DNA of 36,418 nt from Seison nebaliae (Eukaryota): assembly GCA_023231475.1 (NCBI GenBank), contig JALJEE010002694.1, forward strand, positions 1 through 36,418, in the 5' to 3' direction. Below, in pieces: positions 1 through 11,741 of the stretch; the first letter of the stretch is position 1, and every line of letters begins with the position of its first letter. Under the pieces are notes generated by a model that did not search any database, had not been told where the DNA came from, and saw only the letters and a list, made by a program, of their open reading frames with translations. The position numbers were made by a program, and so were the translations under genes.

Positions 1-141
1 CCGTTGGAATTTATTGACTTTTATTTATTAATTTAATATAATGGAAGTACTCAAATGTAAAATATGGTTCGGTGGTGTAGTGGTTATCACGTCTGCTTAA
101 CACGCAGAAGGTCGCGAGTTCAATTCTCGCTCGAACCTAAA
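1..141 (+). repeat. Left arm of 141-bp perfect terminal inverted repeat (65-bp flank + tRNA-Val)
   Basis: 1-141 is the exact reverse complement of 36278-36418; first mismatch is at 142. Confidence 0.97.
66..138 (+). tRNA. tRNA-Val(AAC), intronless
   Basis: Cloverleaf: acceptor GGTTCGG/TCGAACC, anticodon stem TCTGC/GCAGA with AAC at 99-101, T arm GCGAG-TTCAATT-CTCGC. No encoded CCA. T-run (Pol III terminator) from 143. Confidence 0.96.
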
Positions 142-231
142 ATTTTTCAACCGAAGAAGATTTAACAGTATATTGCGACGCGCATTGAAGGATTTGAAGA
201 ATTGATTTGACGAAGCATGAAGCCGTTCTAT

Positions 232-450
232 AGGGTTATTCATTCGGTTATAGACCTTTATTCGGATTTTGAGGACTTTAATTTATTTATTTCTGACTTT
301 TATTCATCGAATGTAGATTTTTATTCATCAACTGAAGACAATTGTTCATTCAATCTGGATATCTGTTCATTTTCTAACGACTATTATTCAGTATTAATAA
401 AGATTACTATTCATCCTACATGGACTACTATTCATCTAAAACCGTTATTC
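232..450 (-). repeat. Degenerate 21-bp tandem repeat, probably a relic of a heptad-repeat coding sequence
   Basis: Minus-strand units such as AATGAACAGATATCCAGATTG / AATGAACAATTGTCTTCAGTT / GATGAATAAAAATCTACATTC / GATGAATAAAAGTCAGAAATA; translation NEQISRL NEQLSSV DE*KSTF DE*KSEI NKLKSSK. Confidence 0.55.
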
Positions 451-1149
451 TTGTCACCCGAACTTTTAAACTTATTGATATTTAGAAATCTTAATTAAGA
501 CATTAGTAGTTGTAAAGTTGAAAGGTAATTATTAAGTGGTGACATATTAAAATTATTGGTGCTTTTAGAGATCAAATTTGACTAATTTCAGTTACTCTTT
601 TGTCATTGTTTGTTCTTATTCAGTTTCAAACAATATAGTTTTTCTAGTAAATTCAGGATAAAACTTAAAGGTCGACCATTAAGTTTAAGTTTTAATTTCA
701 TTTAAATGTTGTTCTCCGGTTTACTGTTCTATTACAGGGTTGGTCCACTTATCATTCCACAATTTTTACAATATAATGATAACTGTCAAATTAGAAAAAA
801 GATGATGTGTCTATTTCTTATTGGCTTTCTATATAAGACAATTGTTGATGACGTGTCTAAAATCGAAACATGAATCATCATTAAAACATTCGACTATAAA
901 TAGAGAATTGACGATGAATGAAAATTCATTATTATTTTTGGCGCAAATTTCGATAGATGAACATATATATAGAACAGTCTCGTAAAAACACAAAGTCAAG
1001 AACTAAACACTGTTCTATATTTGTGTTCAGATGTGCCAAGTCGTTGCACATCTGCGAATAAGGTTCGTCTAGAAACAGTAGGTCATTTTTTCCTTCGATT
1101 TAATAACATTATCGATAATTATTCATTTATCACAATAGAGGCGAACAAT

Positions 1150-2070
1150 ATAAAAGATCTTTTAATTCTAAAAGATCGGATGAATTACCTATTCAGTCCA
1201 AGTTTCTCTAAAAGACATGGAATTTCTTGTGGAATCAAATATCATACCAAAATCTACATCAGAGACTTATGATATTGGATGACCTTTAATATTCGGTCAA
1301 ATAACTTGTTTCCGGAATCAAAGTAATTTGGAAAACGAAGAGTGCTTTGAAATGGATTATAGTATTCCACATAACGAATCCCAAATAGAACACAATATAC
1401 AAAACATTGTCTTCAAATTATAGATAATCCAAATTGTATATTTGATCTGTTTCCACCAGTTTATGCTTATGAGCTGTTCAATTTTCTTTTTTAATTCATA
1501 ATTTTCTTAAATGAACTTTAATTTCTTACATTCCTTGTCTTAAAGTTTAAATTCACAATCAGCGAGGTAAATAAGAGAGGAATAATCGTTAGAATTTATA
1601 GTTTTTTTTGCTTTTTCTTCATGATAAATGAGAGATGTCGAAATTTTTGAATTTGACATGTTTTCTGTGAGAGATTTCAAATTATCCGGACTTTTCATTG
1701 ATATTTGCATTCATACCTATCAGAATTGTAAGGTCAACTTTTGAAAATTGAATCATGAATATTTTTTTTAATTTTGAATGTTTTCTCAAATATATCATTA
1801 TCGGCTTCATATATCTGAATAGAAGAATATGTTAGTAACGGAGGATGTAGGTCGAATGATATCGATCAAAGATGATTCCATTGATGTTTTGAACGAAGTC
1901 ATTAGAGAAATGTTAGTCATCTTCTCCACAAAAACGACAGGAAGATAGAATTCCTGAAATTTAGGAAAATTAAGTAGAGAATGAACAGGGAATCGAAAAA
2001 TTCAACTTAAATTCATCTTAAAGGGTTTGAGTAAGGCTATTTTGTGTTATGCACCACCATAGAAAACACC
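1150..2070 (-). pseudogene. Possible decayed intron-containing gene, product unknown
   Basis: A 53-nt GTT..CAG intron (1954-2006) joins VFYGGA*HKIALLKPFKMNL to RILSSCRFCGEDD*HFSNDFVQNINGIIFDRYHSTYILRY*H in phase. A further protein-like stretch (IRYVEYYNPFQSTLRFPNYF) lies near 1260-1380. Multiple stops. Confidence 0.25.
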
Positions 2071-2417
2071 TGATTTAGATAGAAGTTATAATTTATTAAA
2101 AACAGATTATATAGGCAAAAAAATAAGAAATAAGTTTCATTTTTTTATTGAAAAGAAACAGTTCACAATTAAATTTCTATAATCAAAAATCTAGTAAAAT
2201 TTTTTTCTATTCGACAAATTGATCGCCGTAATAAATATTATTCTTGGAATATTTATAAGCTAAGTTTTTAAAATAGCAAACAAATTTTATATTCTTAAAA
2301 TCAACCCATCTACAACTGTTATAGATACATTCACTTTAAAACACTTTTAACAACAACATGTTTTGTGTTATATGCTAGTCTTTTTTGTAATTTCTTATTA
2401 TCTTTTCAATTTCCAAA

Positions 2418-2488
2418 TTTTCTATATCTTCAATCTTTTCTATATCTTCAATCTTTTCCATATCTTCAATCTTTTCCATATCTTCAAT
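2418..2488. repeat. 18-bp minisatellite, ~4 copies
   Basis: Unit TTTTC(T/C)ATATCTTCAATC repeated head to tail. Confidence 0.9.
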
Positions 2489-2528
2489 TATCAATTACGA
2501 CAAATTTCTAACTTTTCTTATATTAGAT

Positions 2529-2605
2529 TAAGGGTTATAAAAATTTATAGCATAATTATATAAGGGTTATCAAAATTTATAACATAATTATATAAAGGTT
2601 ATAAA
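2529..2605. repeat. 32-bp tandem repeat, ~2.4 copies
   Basis: TAAGGGTTATAAAAATTTATAGCATAATTATA, then TAAGGGTTATCAAAATTTATAACATAATTATA, then TAAAGGTTATAAAA. Confidence 0.85.
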
Positions 2606-3188
2606 ATGCTCGGTTCCGTATTATATATAGGGGTCGAGCAAATACAACGACATACAAATAATGTGTAAAGTGCTATATTGGTCGGTCAAATTGAATAACA
2701 TTTTCGGTTATTCATTGATCGATCAAATACAACGACATAGCACCAGTAAGGGGTTCTTCAAGATTCAACGTGCATTTATTAAAGGTTATAACTTTTAACG
2801 AACCTTTTCATGGTTCTAATTTAAATGTCTAATTCTAATTTAAGGGTTAACGAAGCTATATAAAGGATTTTGACTCAAGTCAAATATTTATCCCTGTAAT
2901 GAGTAAATGGACTATCAAGCTTACAAATATTTATATTATAATTTAATATTTTTGGACTTTAACATCATACCATCAAAATACGGTAATTTATTTATGAAAA
3001 ACAACACTGGAATCCAATTTCAATTTATAGTCTCCAAGATGAATTCATATTACATCAAATTACATATTTTAAGATTGGTAAAAAGATTACGAAGAATAAT
3101 ATGATTACAGATAACAAATGATCTTATTAGTCAAATTAACTAATTTATTGAAAAATATATGTTAAGTTGGTTTAAATAATGGTTGTTA

Positions 3189-4057
3189 TTAATCAATTCC
3201 AGAAGCATTACTCATTGCACTTTCATTAGATGTAATTTGTTGAACATTTTTTGGTCTATTTGCATTTGTTAAAATAAATACTACTAAATATAAAATTATA
3301 ACTTGTTTGTAGTTATGCTCTTCTTTCTTTTGCGCGATTTCGAACAAAGTCGTCTTCCACATGCAATTAGGAAGAGAATTATAAATAAGACTACTCCTCC
3401 TGAAATAATTCCAATTTTCATAAGAAATGGAACAGCCTTTTTATTTTTCTTCTTCATAACTAATAAATTTTGTAAATAATGATAAAATAGAAAAAAAACC
3501 TTGTTTCAAATTGGATAGTTCTATTGCACTGTCGAAACCTGTAAAAGTATCGGAAGGAGCAACGGCCTTCTCATAATTTTTATCGTGAACCTAAAAAGTG
3601 ATTGGCATGATATATGCTATTGTAAATTGATTAACCAATACATCAATATCTAATTGAGCGTCACATTTCAGGTAGAAATCATCTGCAATGCCTCCACTAA
3701 ATTTAGTTTTCTGAACATCCCATGCTATTCCTTCTTTATCTACCAAATCCTTTCGTATCGAAAATATTCTTAAACTTCATATAATGTAGAAGAAATTGAA
3801 CATTAAATTTGACATGGTCAGCACATATTTTTGCTTTCTGTTCGTCTGTTGTATCTTTATTTTGCATAATTAGTTTATTTTTCAAACTAATTTTGGGAGT
3901 TTTTGCCGAGAACGTTAAAGTTTTGCTAACAACTAAAAGAAAAATGAAAGAAATTTAAGATTGTTTCTAAATTTTCATACAATATATATCGATATATGTC
4001 AGACAATATATGATCAGACTCGATAATTTAATAGTAACATTAATTATCCTTGTTCAT
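3189..4057 (-). CDS. Orphan single-pass membrane protein (~200 aa, spliced); 5' end unresolved or frameshifted
   Basis: Five short introns join an open frame ...KAKICADHVKFN|DLVDKEGIAWDVQK...CDAQLDIDVL|VHDKNY...|...MKIGIISGGVVLFIILFLIACGRRLCSKSRKRKK...GID*, i.e. a hydrophobic TM followed by a basic stop-transfer. The nearest ATG (4057) is one base out of frame. Confidence 0.6.
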
Positions 4058-5707
4058 TTTTTTAACGATTAAATAACATAATAAGTAAGAAAGAAAAGAT
4101 TAATAAAAATGTAACGTCTATAATGAGGTGGTATGAATTTTCCAACGGACACTTTAGGTAGATCTAAAAAAAAAAATTTTTAAATTTCGCTTCGTTAAAA
4201 TCTTGTGTGCGGTGAAATTGATGGATTAAAAATTATTCCATAATTTATAAAATAAAATAAACTGAATTCTTCATTAATCAACTTTAATTCTTACTTTTGT
4301 CATATTTGTTTGACTGGAACCGTCGTTTTCCTTTCTTATTAAAACAGTTAAAGATCCAACTATTAGGAATTATTCCACTACTGTTTGCCGTTTTCTTTTC
4401 AAATTTGATATAATTCTTACTAGCAAAACTCTGTAAGATTGATATATATAATATATATTTGATATACTTCGTTGTATATAAAAAAACGAAACTATGCAAA
4501 ATCTCTTCCTTGGTGAACATCTACAAAGTTTTTTTTATTAATATAAATAATATAACGTATAAATAAATAACTGGATATATATAAGATAATCTTTTTGAAT
4601 AAAAGCATATTCTGAGCCCTGTTCACAACCGAAAGTCTTTTATAGATTAAAAAAACATTATTAAAATTGCGATGAAAAATAACAGAAGTCGATGGATGTG
4701 TTATATAGGAACTGTCATGATATAGTTGAGTCTTTTTATCTACCAATTTAAAAAGAATTCAAGTTTCCATTTTCCAATAATAAAAAGTATTAAACAAAGA
4801 AAGTTGAATGTGATATCACCGTTACAAATTTCAACTAAATTTAGATAAGGTATGTTTAATGATTTACAATACTTGGTATACTCCTTATTTGTGTATTTAA
4901 CATCTATGGTTTGGAAATTCTTAGAATACATATTCGCCGAGAAAGTTAATGCAACATCCAATTTCGCTAGAATTATCATACATATTTTTAATAACTTTCT
5001 TATTTCTTTCATAACACTTATTAATAAAAGAAGTAAAATAAGAAAAAACCAAAGTACTTTTCAATTATAATTTCACTTCTTAAATATTTTACGTCGTTCA
5101 ATAACTTTCCTATTTCCTTTATCATAACCATATAACTCATAACCAAAATCATATATCTCTTCTATATTTCAAACGCCATTCCTTTACCAGAAGTTGTTTG
5201 GTTTATTTCGCATACACATATAAAAATTTGCAATTTGTTTCGAAATTTGAAAAGAATGTTTCCTCAACTCATGAATAAGAGAATGCGTAAGTTTCGATTA
5301 TTTCGTTTTAATTTTTTTTTATTGTGAATGTAAATCCCTATAGGGTAATTGAAAAATTAAAAATTCACGACCTTGGTCGTTGGAAATTAGTTTCTTGGTT
5401 ATATTATTAGGCACTATTAGAAATAGGCATCTTGGTTCTAATTATAATTTTATAGTTCTAACATTTTCATTATAATTTTAATTATTACTTCTTTGTTATC
5501 TTTTGAAGCATTTAGAACTTATAAAAAATAGTTCGTTAAGATTTTAAGATTGGTCCATTATTTCTGAATGTAAAATAGAACAATTTTTGATTGAATTCTT
5601 TTTGATGCTGTGAAAGAAAATTTATGAAACTTTAATGAAATTTAGTATATGAAAAGTTAATAAATAAGATTTAAAATAAGTTCTCACAAAAATAATTTTC
5701 TGAGTTT

Positions 5708-7396
5708 TTATGCAATCGAACAACCATGTACATTCTTTGGTTCGGCTTCCCCTTGTGGAATTGGTAGTTCTTTCATTTCATCAATTTTCTTCTTCTTTCC
5801 CTCATTCTTCTTCTACTTCACAATAAATTAAAGAATAATAACAAATTAAATTCATATTTCCAACATTTCCATTCAGATTCTTACTCAAATCGAATGCTTT
5901 ATATGTATCAGCAGTCCATCGAGTATCTGGCATATTTGCCATCGAAAATTGTTCAAATTGGACTAAGCCATGTGTGGCTTCCAAATCTTCAACTTTCGGA
6001 TTCTCTAAAGGAATTTTTTGATGGAAACTAAATGAAAAATTAAGAAGAAATTCAAGAGAAATTCCATTTAAACATAATATCATTCTCTCTCACACACTTC
6101 TTCGCATGATGTTCCAACATCTCTCCATATCTCTTATAGAATGCATGTCGTTCTGGAACAGCGGCAGTTCCAGGTCCTTTCGTTTTCGCATATTCTCCAC
6201 AAATCTTACTAACACCATCATAAACTATATTAAAATAATGACATCAAATGTATTACTAATAGGGAGATTCAAATTAACTTCTCACAGCTTCTTGAAGAGC
6301 TTTAACTGCTGCTCCCGCTTGGTTATCCTCCAATAATTGCATACCTTGGAAACAAGACGCCTATAATAGAAATGTTTAAACTATTCCCATAAACTCGATT
6401 CGCTAACATAAGATTTGTAAAATTCGGATTTCAATTTAAAATATAACTGCCATTTATTCTTCGTCGAATCATCAATTGATGATAATGCATCAACTTTAAT
6501 CAGAATGAGAAGAATTAATTGGGAGAAAAGTATTAACATGAAGTTCGAAATGATATTGATGTATTCCAAGCTAAACCGGCAATCAATTTGTTACTATGTT
6601 TCATTTCTAATGCTCTAGATATTGTCACTGGAAATTTCGTAAAATAATTTCCAAAATTTTTTAAAAACCTTCTTGTGCTTCCGCCATACATTGATGAATG
6701 TATGCGGTTAATATACTGTTATCTAAATCATATCCAGGTTGTACTATTTGATCTTCCGTTCCAGCTAATTGACCAATAACCAAGGACCTACCTTGATCCT
6801 AAATTGAAAATTGTCCGAGAAAAATAATTGAATGAAATAAATTTAAATAAAAAAAACTTGAATATATTTGAAAATTCCTCCGGACATTTTCAGACTTTTA
6901 TGCATAGATTTAGCTGCTTCATTGTCTTCTCTATAAACAGAGAAGAGAACGTGTAAAATAGATTTAGAAAAGATAATTGAAACGTTGTGTCTTTAGTAGT
7001 TGCAGCGATCATTGCCGCATGCTTCATATACCACAATGCAACATCGAAACAAATGTTCACTACATCATAAGCGAAATCTAAATGTGTAATTGCCTTATCT
7101 TGTGGAAACAACGAATTCGTCCAAACGAATTCGTTACTGTAACGCATTTTTGATTCGGATCCAGGTGCTGATGGATCGAACAAAAATCCATGACTAATTT
7201 CCAGATATTTGGAAAAGTGTGACTGAATTGTCTCAGCTGATTCTGCAGGATTGACTATTCGTTTTAATAATTCTTCTCGATTAGCCGCCCATTCGGTGGA
7301 TAGGCGTTGAGCAGCTGCATTCGAAGGATGAACTTTACTTTCTATTCGAACATTCGTTGTCGCTTTCAACGGATTTCGATGAAACCAATGTGCCAT
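5708..7396 (-). CDS. BROX: BRO1 domain and CAAX motif protein BROX (~430 aa, 9 exons)
   Basis: N-term MAHWFHRNPLKAT, internal QCMAEAQEVTISRALEMKH, C-term CAAX CSIA*. Exons 7396-6984, 6930-6858, 6798-6669, 6627-6538, 6493-6408, 6360-6279, 6224-6074, 6027-5865, 5812-5708; all phases consistent. Confidence 0.95.
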
Positions 7397-7660
7397 GATG
7401 CAAGAGAATGTTCAATTATTACTCAATAATTCCGAATATTTATTCTGTCATATGAAGTTGACTTTAATGTTTTCATTTTAATTAATCATTCCCTCTTGTT
7501 TAGTTGAAGGGGAAGAACTGAAAATGATTATTTAAAAAAACAAAAATTTCGTTTGAAAATTTGGCTGAAAAATCAAAAATAAGTTTGTTTTTTTTTACAA
7601 ATAATTTACAATAGTCTATTTAAAATATAATTACAGCGTCTTAATTTATCTTACACACGA

Positions 7661-8090
7661 TTATCTTTTGGATTGTCCAGCAATGAAGAAACTTTTCGGT
7701 TTATCGACCCAGAGATATTGCTGAAGCAATTCCTTATTCCTTTTCGATGTGAGTAATTTCTAAGCAGAAAAAGTATAAGCCGATTAGAGTACAATAAAAA
7801 ATAGTTCAACTTCAATTCTTTCCTCCGCTATTTTCTTTCTTCTCAAATTATTCGCTACAGTATCAAGAAACTTTTTACTATCCACATCTAAATATCTCTT
7901 TATCGTTTTCTCATATTTCAAATAATCTTTCTTGTACTAAAAACAACAATTATCATTTTTTATACATGATCGACTTTCTAACCTGTTCTCTAATCGCTTT
8001 TACGTCATCGTAATTAACTCGAGCACTTTGAGTATATTTTTTTGCTGCTGGATCTGCCGGAAATTTAGAACTATAAAAATTTGACGACAT
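7661..8090 (-). CDS. Small basic helical protein of unknown function (110 aa, 3 exons)
   Basis: Exons 8090-7983, 7936-7811, 7759-7661 with two phase-0 GTT..AG introns (46, 51 nt): MSSNFYSSKFPADPAAKKYTQSARVNYDDVKAIREQ|YKKDYLKYEK...AEERIE|KLLTSKRNKELLQQYLWVDKPKSFFIAGQSKR*. Confidence 0.7.
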
Positions 8091-8620
8091 TTTAATCAAG
8101 ACGACAAGTTATTTACAAGGAAACGAAGGCAAATTATAGAACGAAAGTAAAAGAAGAAATGAAAAAAATTAAATTGTAACTTTATACTTAACTTAAGAAG
8201 TGCTTTTTTACTTAACTTCACCTTTACGAAATAAAATATACCTTTTTCTCCAATTACATTCTATCTATCTTCTTTCGAATTCCCATAGTCAATAAACGTT
8301 TTTACTCAACAAGAAATTAATTTCGAATTATTTAATAGAAAATTATTTGATCAAAAAATTTGTGGAAACTTTAATGAATTAACTGCAATAATCAATATGA
8401 CTTATATGAATATTCCACTTACGAATATTCCTGTTAGATAATTCATCTTCAAATTGACGATCGAGATTTTCAATAAACAAAGATAAACGACACTTAATCT
8501 TTTTTAAATTGTGGAACAAATTTTTCAAAAAAAAATTTTGAATTTATACTTATCGACTAAAAGAGAATTAATATTCAAAATCTAAGCTTTGCTAAATTTC
8601 GGTTTTTCCATAATTATAAA

Positions 8621-9854
8621 ATGTCACAATTTGCTTACAAATTTATACCTCCAATTGGTGATCCAAAAACGACGACCAATTTAGAAGAATCAATCTCCCA
8701 AATATTCAAGGAGAACATAAATTTAACAATTGGAAAAAATCTGGAATTACTTAACAAATCAATTGGATCAATTGGAAGAATTCAAATTTTTCAAAACTTT
8801 AAATTTTGTTCCGCTGATGAATTAATCGATTGCCCGTTTGATGAAGATGAGGAATATATTTTCAAATTTATTCCTTCCGATATCAAGACACGAAAAATTA
8901 ACGACAAATCAGGTTTAATATTTTCTTCATTTGTTAATCTCGAATTTCTTCATATTGGAAGTTGCTCCCGGTACACAAATGGTGAGTGTTAATGTACTGA
9001 AATCATTAATCTTCGATCCAAACAATCCGGTTAGTTCATTCTCTCATTAGATATATAATAATTGGATTTAGCTCCAGAAATTTCTAGAGAATAAAAATAA
9101 ATTTTATGAATTCCTCACAGAAAATCAATTAGAAAATGATCCAATTGCAATTGGTGAGAATCATTTCTTTCAAATTTTCCTAAAAATTTTCAATTATTTC
9201 TTTGAAATTATTTTAAAATTTTTCTTTGAATTTTTTTTAAAATTTTTCTTTGAATTTATTTTAAAATTTTTCTTTAAATTTCTACAGCTATTTTTGGACA
9301 TCCTGATTCGCTCAATTCATTGGGAGAAGAAAAACGTATAAAGAAGTTGGGAGACATTATGAATCATATTATGACTTGAATCATTTATTTGTCATTTCAG
9401 TTTTCAGAAAGATAAACCGAAATATATGCAATTGATTGTAGAATTCGTAAACAAAATAAAAGGACCAACTTCAACAACTGAAAATCGACCGACGACAAAT
9501 AACGGAAGTTTCTATTAAAAATTTTAATATTTTATTTTGAGATTATCAGATGGAATCGATCATGCATCCTTCATGGCTGCATTCAACAACGTCATTCAAA
9601 ATATGAACACAAATCGAACAGTCAATCCACCACAAGTTCCACCCAACAGCGCTGCCACATTGCCACAACAACAAACGAATACATCGACTGATGATAATGG
9701 AAACAATGTGGAGTCGATAACAGAGGAAGAGAAGAAAAATTTGCGTTTCATGAATGAATTGGGTTTGAATGACAACGAGATGAATCTGAAAGTTTTGCGA
9801 GAGAATAATGGAGATGTGAACGATGCCGTCGCCATTTTGATGATTGATGATTAA
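8621..9854 (+). CDS. UBL7: UBL7-like protein (divergent N-terminal ubiquitin-like region, C-terminal UBA), 6 exons
   Basis: C-terminal UBA NLRFMNELGLNDNEMNLKVLRENNGDVNDAVAILM. Spliced middle LENDPIAIAIFGHPDSL and GIDHASFMAAFNNVIQ resemble UBL7 motifs LSSDPIALGVLQD and ISNDLFSQALQHALQ as I recall them. Confidence 0.75.
9197..9280. repeat. ~24-bp AT-rich tandem repeat inside UBL7 intron 3 (9154-9287)
   Basis: TTTCTTTGAAWTTWTTTTAAAATT-like unit, ~3.5 copies. Confidence 0.75.
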
Positions 9855-9985
9855 ATTCGATTTCAGAAAAATAATTGGATATGTTCTCCACGATCATGGT
9901 AATGTTTTTGAGTAGAAAACTATAAATTGATGGAAAAAAAATTTTTTTTGGAAAAGAAATAAAAAATTTTTTTTAAATATTTCTA

Positions 9986-11579
9986 TCAAGTTCTAACTTC
10001 CCATATATCATTGGAATTGGAATCAGATATGACAGTTAACGAATGACCTGTTGTTAGTCGAATGCGAATATCGAATTCATCTTCTTCTTGATTGCATCCT
10101 TCAGCTTTTTGACGTAATCGTCGAATTAGAGTTCCATCGTCCTTGAACTGGAATGGAGGTAAGTAAATTTTTTGATGAGATATGAGGGAAAAACTTACCA
10201 ATTTCTTTCGAAGATCTAAATGACGAAAATCGCCTAATGTCAATAGACGTAACGGATGAGAGGAGAGATCGAGCCATTTCCAAAAATCATGACCATCTCT
10301 AAGAGAAGAATGAGAAATAAATCCTTCTGTTTCTACTCATTTAATTAAATACATTATCATGATTATCAGCGATTATATGAAAAAGAAAGGACGGATTAAT
10401 TCAGTGAAAATGTCGTTAGGGAAAAGAAAGAAACTTCATTCTCGTTAAGCACCGAAATGAATGATGTGCATATAAGAGGAAATTTTGGAAGGCAGATATT
10501 TTATTATTAAATGAAAATTATCAATTCAAATCACAAATAATTTGTGAATATCATTAATATTCTTATAATTATATTTTCCTCTCAATTCCACCAACAACAC
10601 AAAGACCATTCTTCTCTCTAGTGATTAGTCACCGAACAAAAAAAAATTTAACTCCTTACGAACCTGAGAAGTACAGCATAATTCAAATGATCTTTCCATT
10701 CCTTCACCATTTCGTTCTTCCAATCTAACTACAAGAAGAGAAAATGGGAATAATTAGGAGAAACTACAAAAATTTTTCATTTCTAAGTAATTTCTCTAAA
10801 TTATTAGAGAATCATTCCCGAAATAATTATTTCCTCTAATAACTCTTTCTCGATGAAATATTTTAAATATGTTTTTGTCTTAAACTTTTTCAAATAATTA
10901 TTTAAGTTGTTTAAAGTAGAAGTAGATTCGTTTGTGAAAGGAGAACTTTCTCACTAATGTACCTAAATGGAAGTTGTTGTTTGGAGAGAATGAGAGAGAA
11001 AGAATAATAACATCCGATATTTGTGATAACTTATCACTGAATAAATATTGACCTTCATTTGGATAACATTGTTTCCATTCAATTTCATTAATACATTTCC
11101 CAAACAGATTGTCCAATAAATTCTTATCAGTTGATATCCGATTAATTGTTATGGAGAGACCATCATTCATGAAGGAACCGATAGAACTAAAAGAAGAATA
11201 TTATTCTGCTTCTCAGATTTTCGATGAGAAGTTAAGTTATGAGATAAGTTGAAAATTTAAGGAAACTAAATATTTTGAATGGATTAGAATGATGATATAT
11301 CAATATCATTAGATGAATAATATTAATGATTCATATTCTCATTCAAACATAAAAAAAATAGAAATGAAACGAACTCAACTCATATTACCTGATTATTGTT
11401 GGTCGAACGATTTTCTCATTCTTTCTCACATTTCCAACAACATCTCGTTTGAATTTTGTTGATTGTTCGGATGAGTTCAAATTGTTTGCATTATATTGAG
11501 ATGATGGAGATGGTGAATGAATCTTGTTAGCATTGACAGTCCAAGCGCCTTGTAAACGGACACGATTCTTTTGTGGCAT
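9986..11579 (-). CDS. Unrecognised spliced protein (~240 aa, ~6 exons including a 16-nt microexon)
   Basis: Three ORF-track fragments can be joined in phase: MPQKNRVRLQ...PTII|SSIGSFMNDG...LFSDK|YISEK|LDWKNEMVKEWKDHLNYAVLL|RDGHDFWKWLDLSSHPLRLLTLGDFRHLDLRKKL|FKDDGTLIRRLRQKAEG...DIWEVRT*. Middle junctions are tentative. Confidence 0.6.
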
Positions 11580-11741
11580 TAGATAAACATAGAATTATTC
11601 GACATGTCTCTGACCAGAAGAAAGTGAGAGCTGAGAGAGAATTAACGAGGCAAACAAGTGTGAAACAGACGTGAATCGTCTCTAATGAAAAGGTAAACAT
11701 TTCACACCGATATGAACTGTGCAGTTGAGTGATATGAAGAT

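Noticed and set aside
1..141. Treating the terminal inverted repeat as TIRs of a Polinton/Maverick, virus or linear plasmid
   Set aside because: No polymerase, integrase, ATPase or capsid gene is present. The cargo is intron-rich host genes, and the repeat length equals a common assembler k.
217..498. 93-aa + strand ORF
   Set aside because: Its 7-residue periodicity is explained as the antisense of the 21-bp repeat.
2363..2563. 66-aa ORF with FNLFYI repeats
   Set aside because: It is a translation of the 18-bp minisatellite.
2529..2850. TAAGGG motifs as telomeric repeats, or the 32-bp repeat as a CRISPR array
   Set aside because: The motifs are not contiguous, there are no spacers or cas genes, and the context is eukaryotic.
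4284..5070. Cluster of 70-90 aa hydrophobic ORFs
   Set aside because: Composition is I/L/F/K/Y as expected from AT-rich noise; the same-frame ORFs are separated by several stops and I found no coherent splice model.
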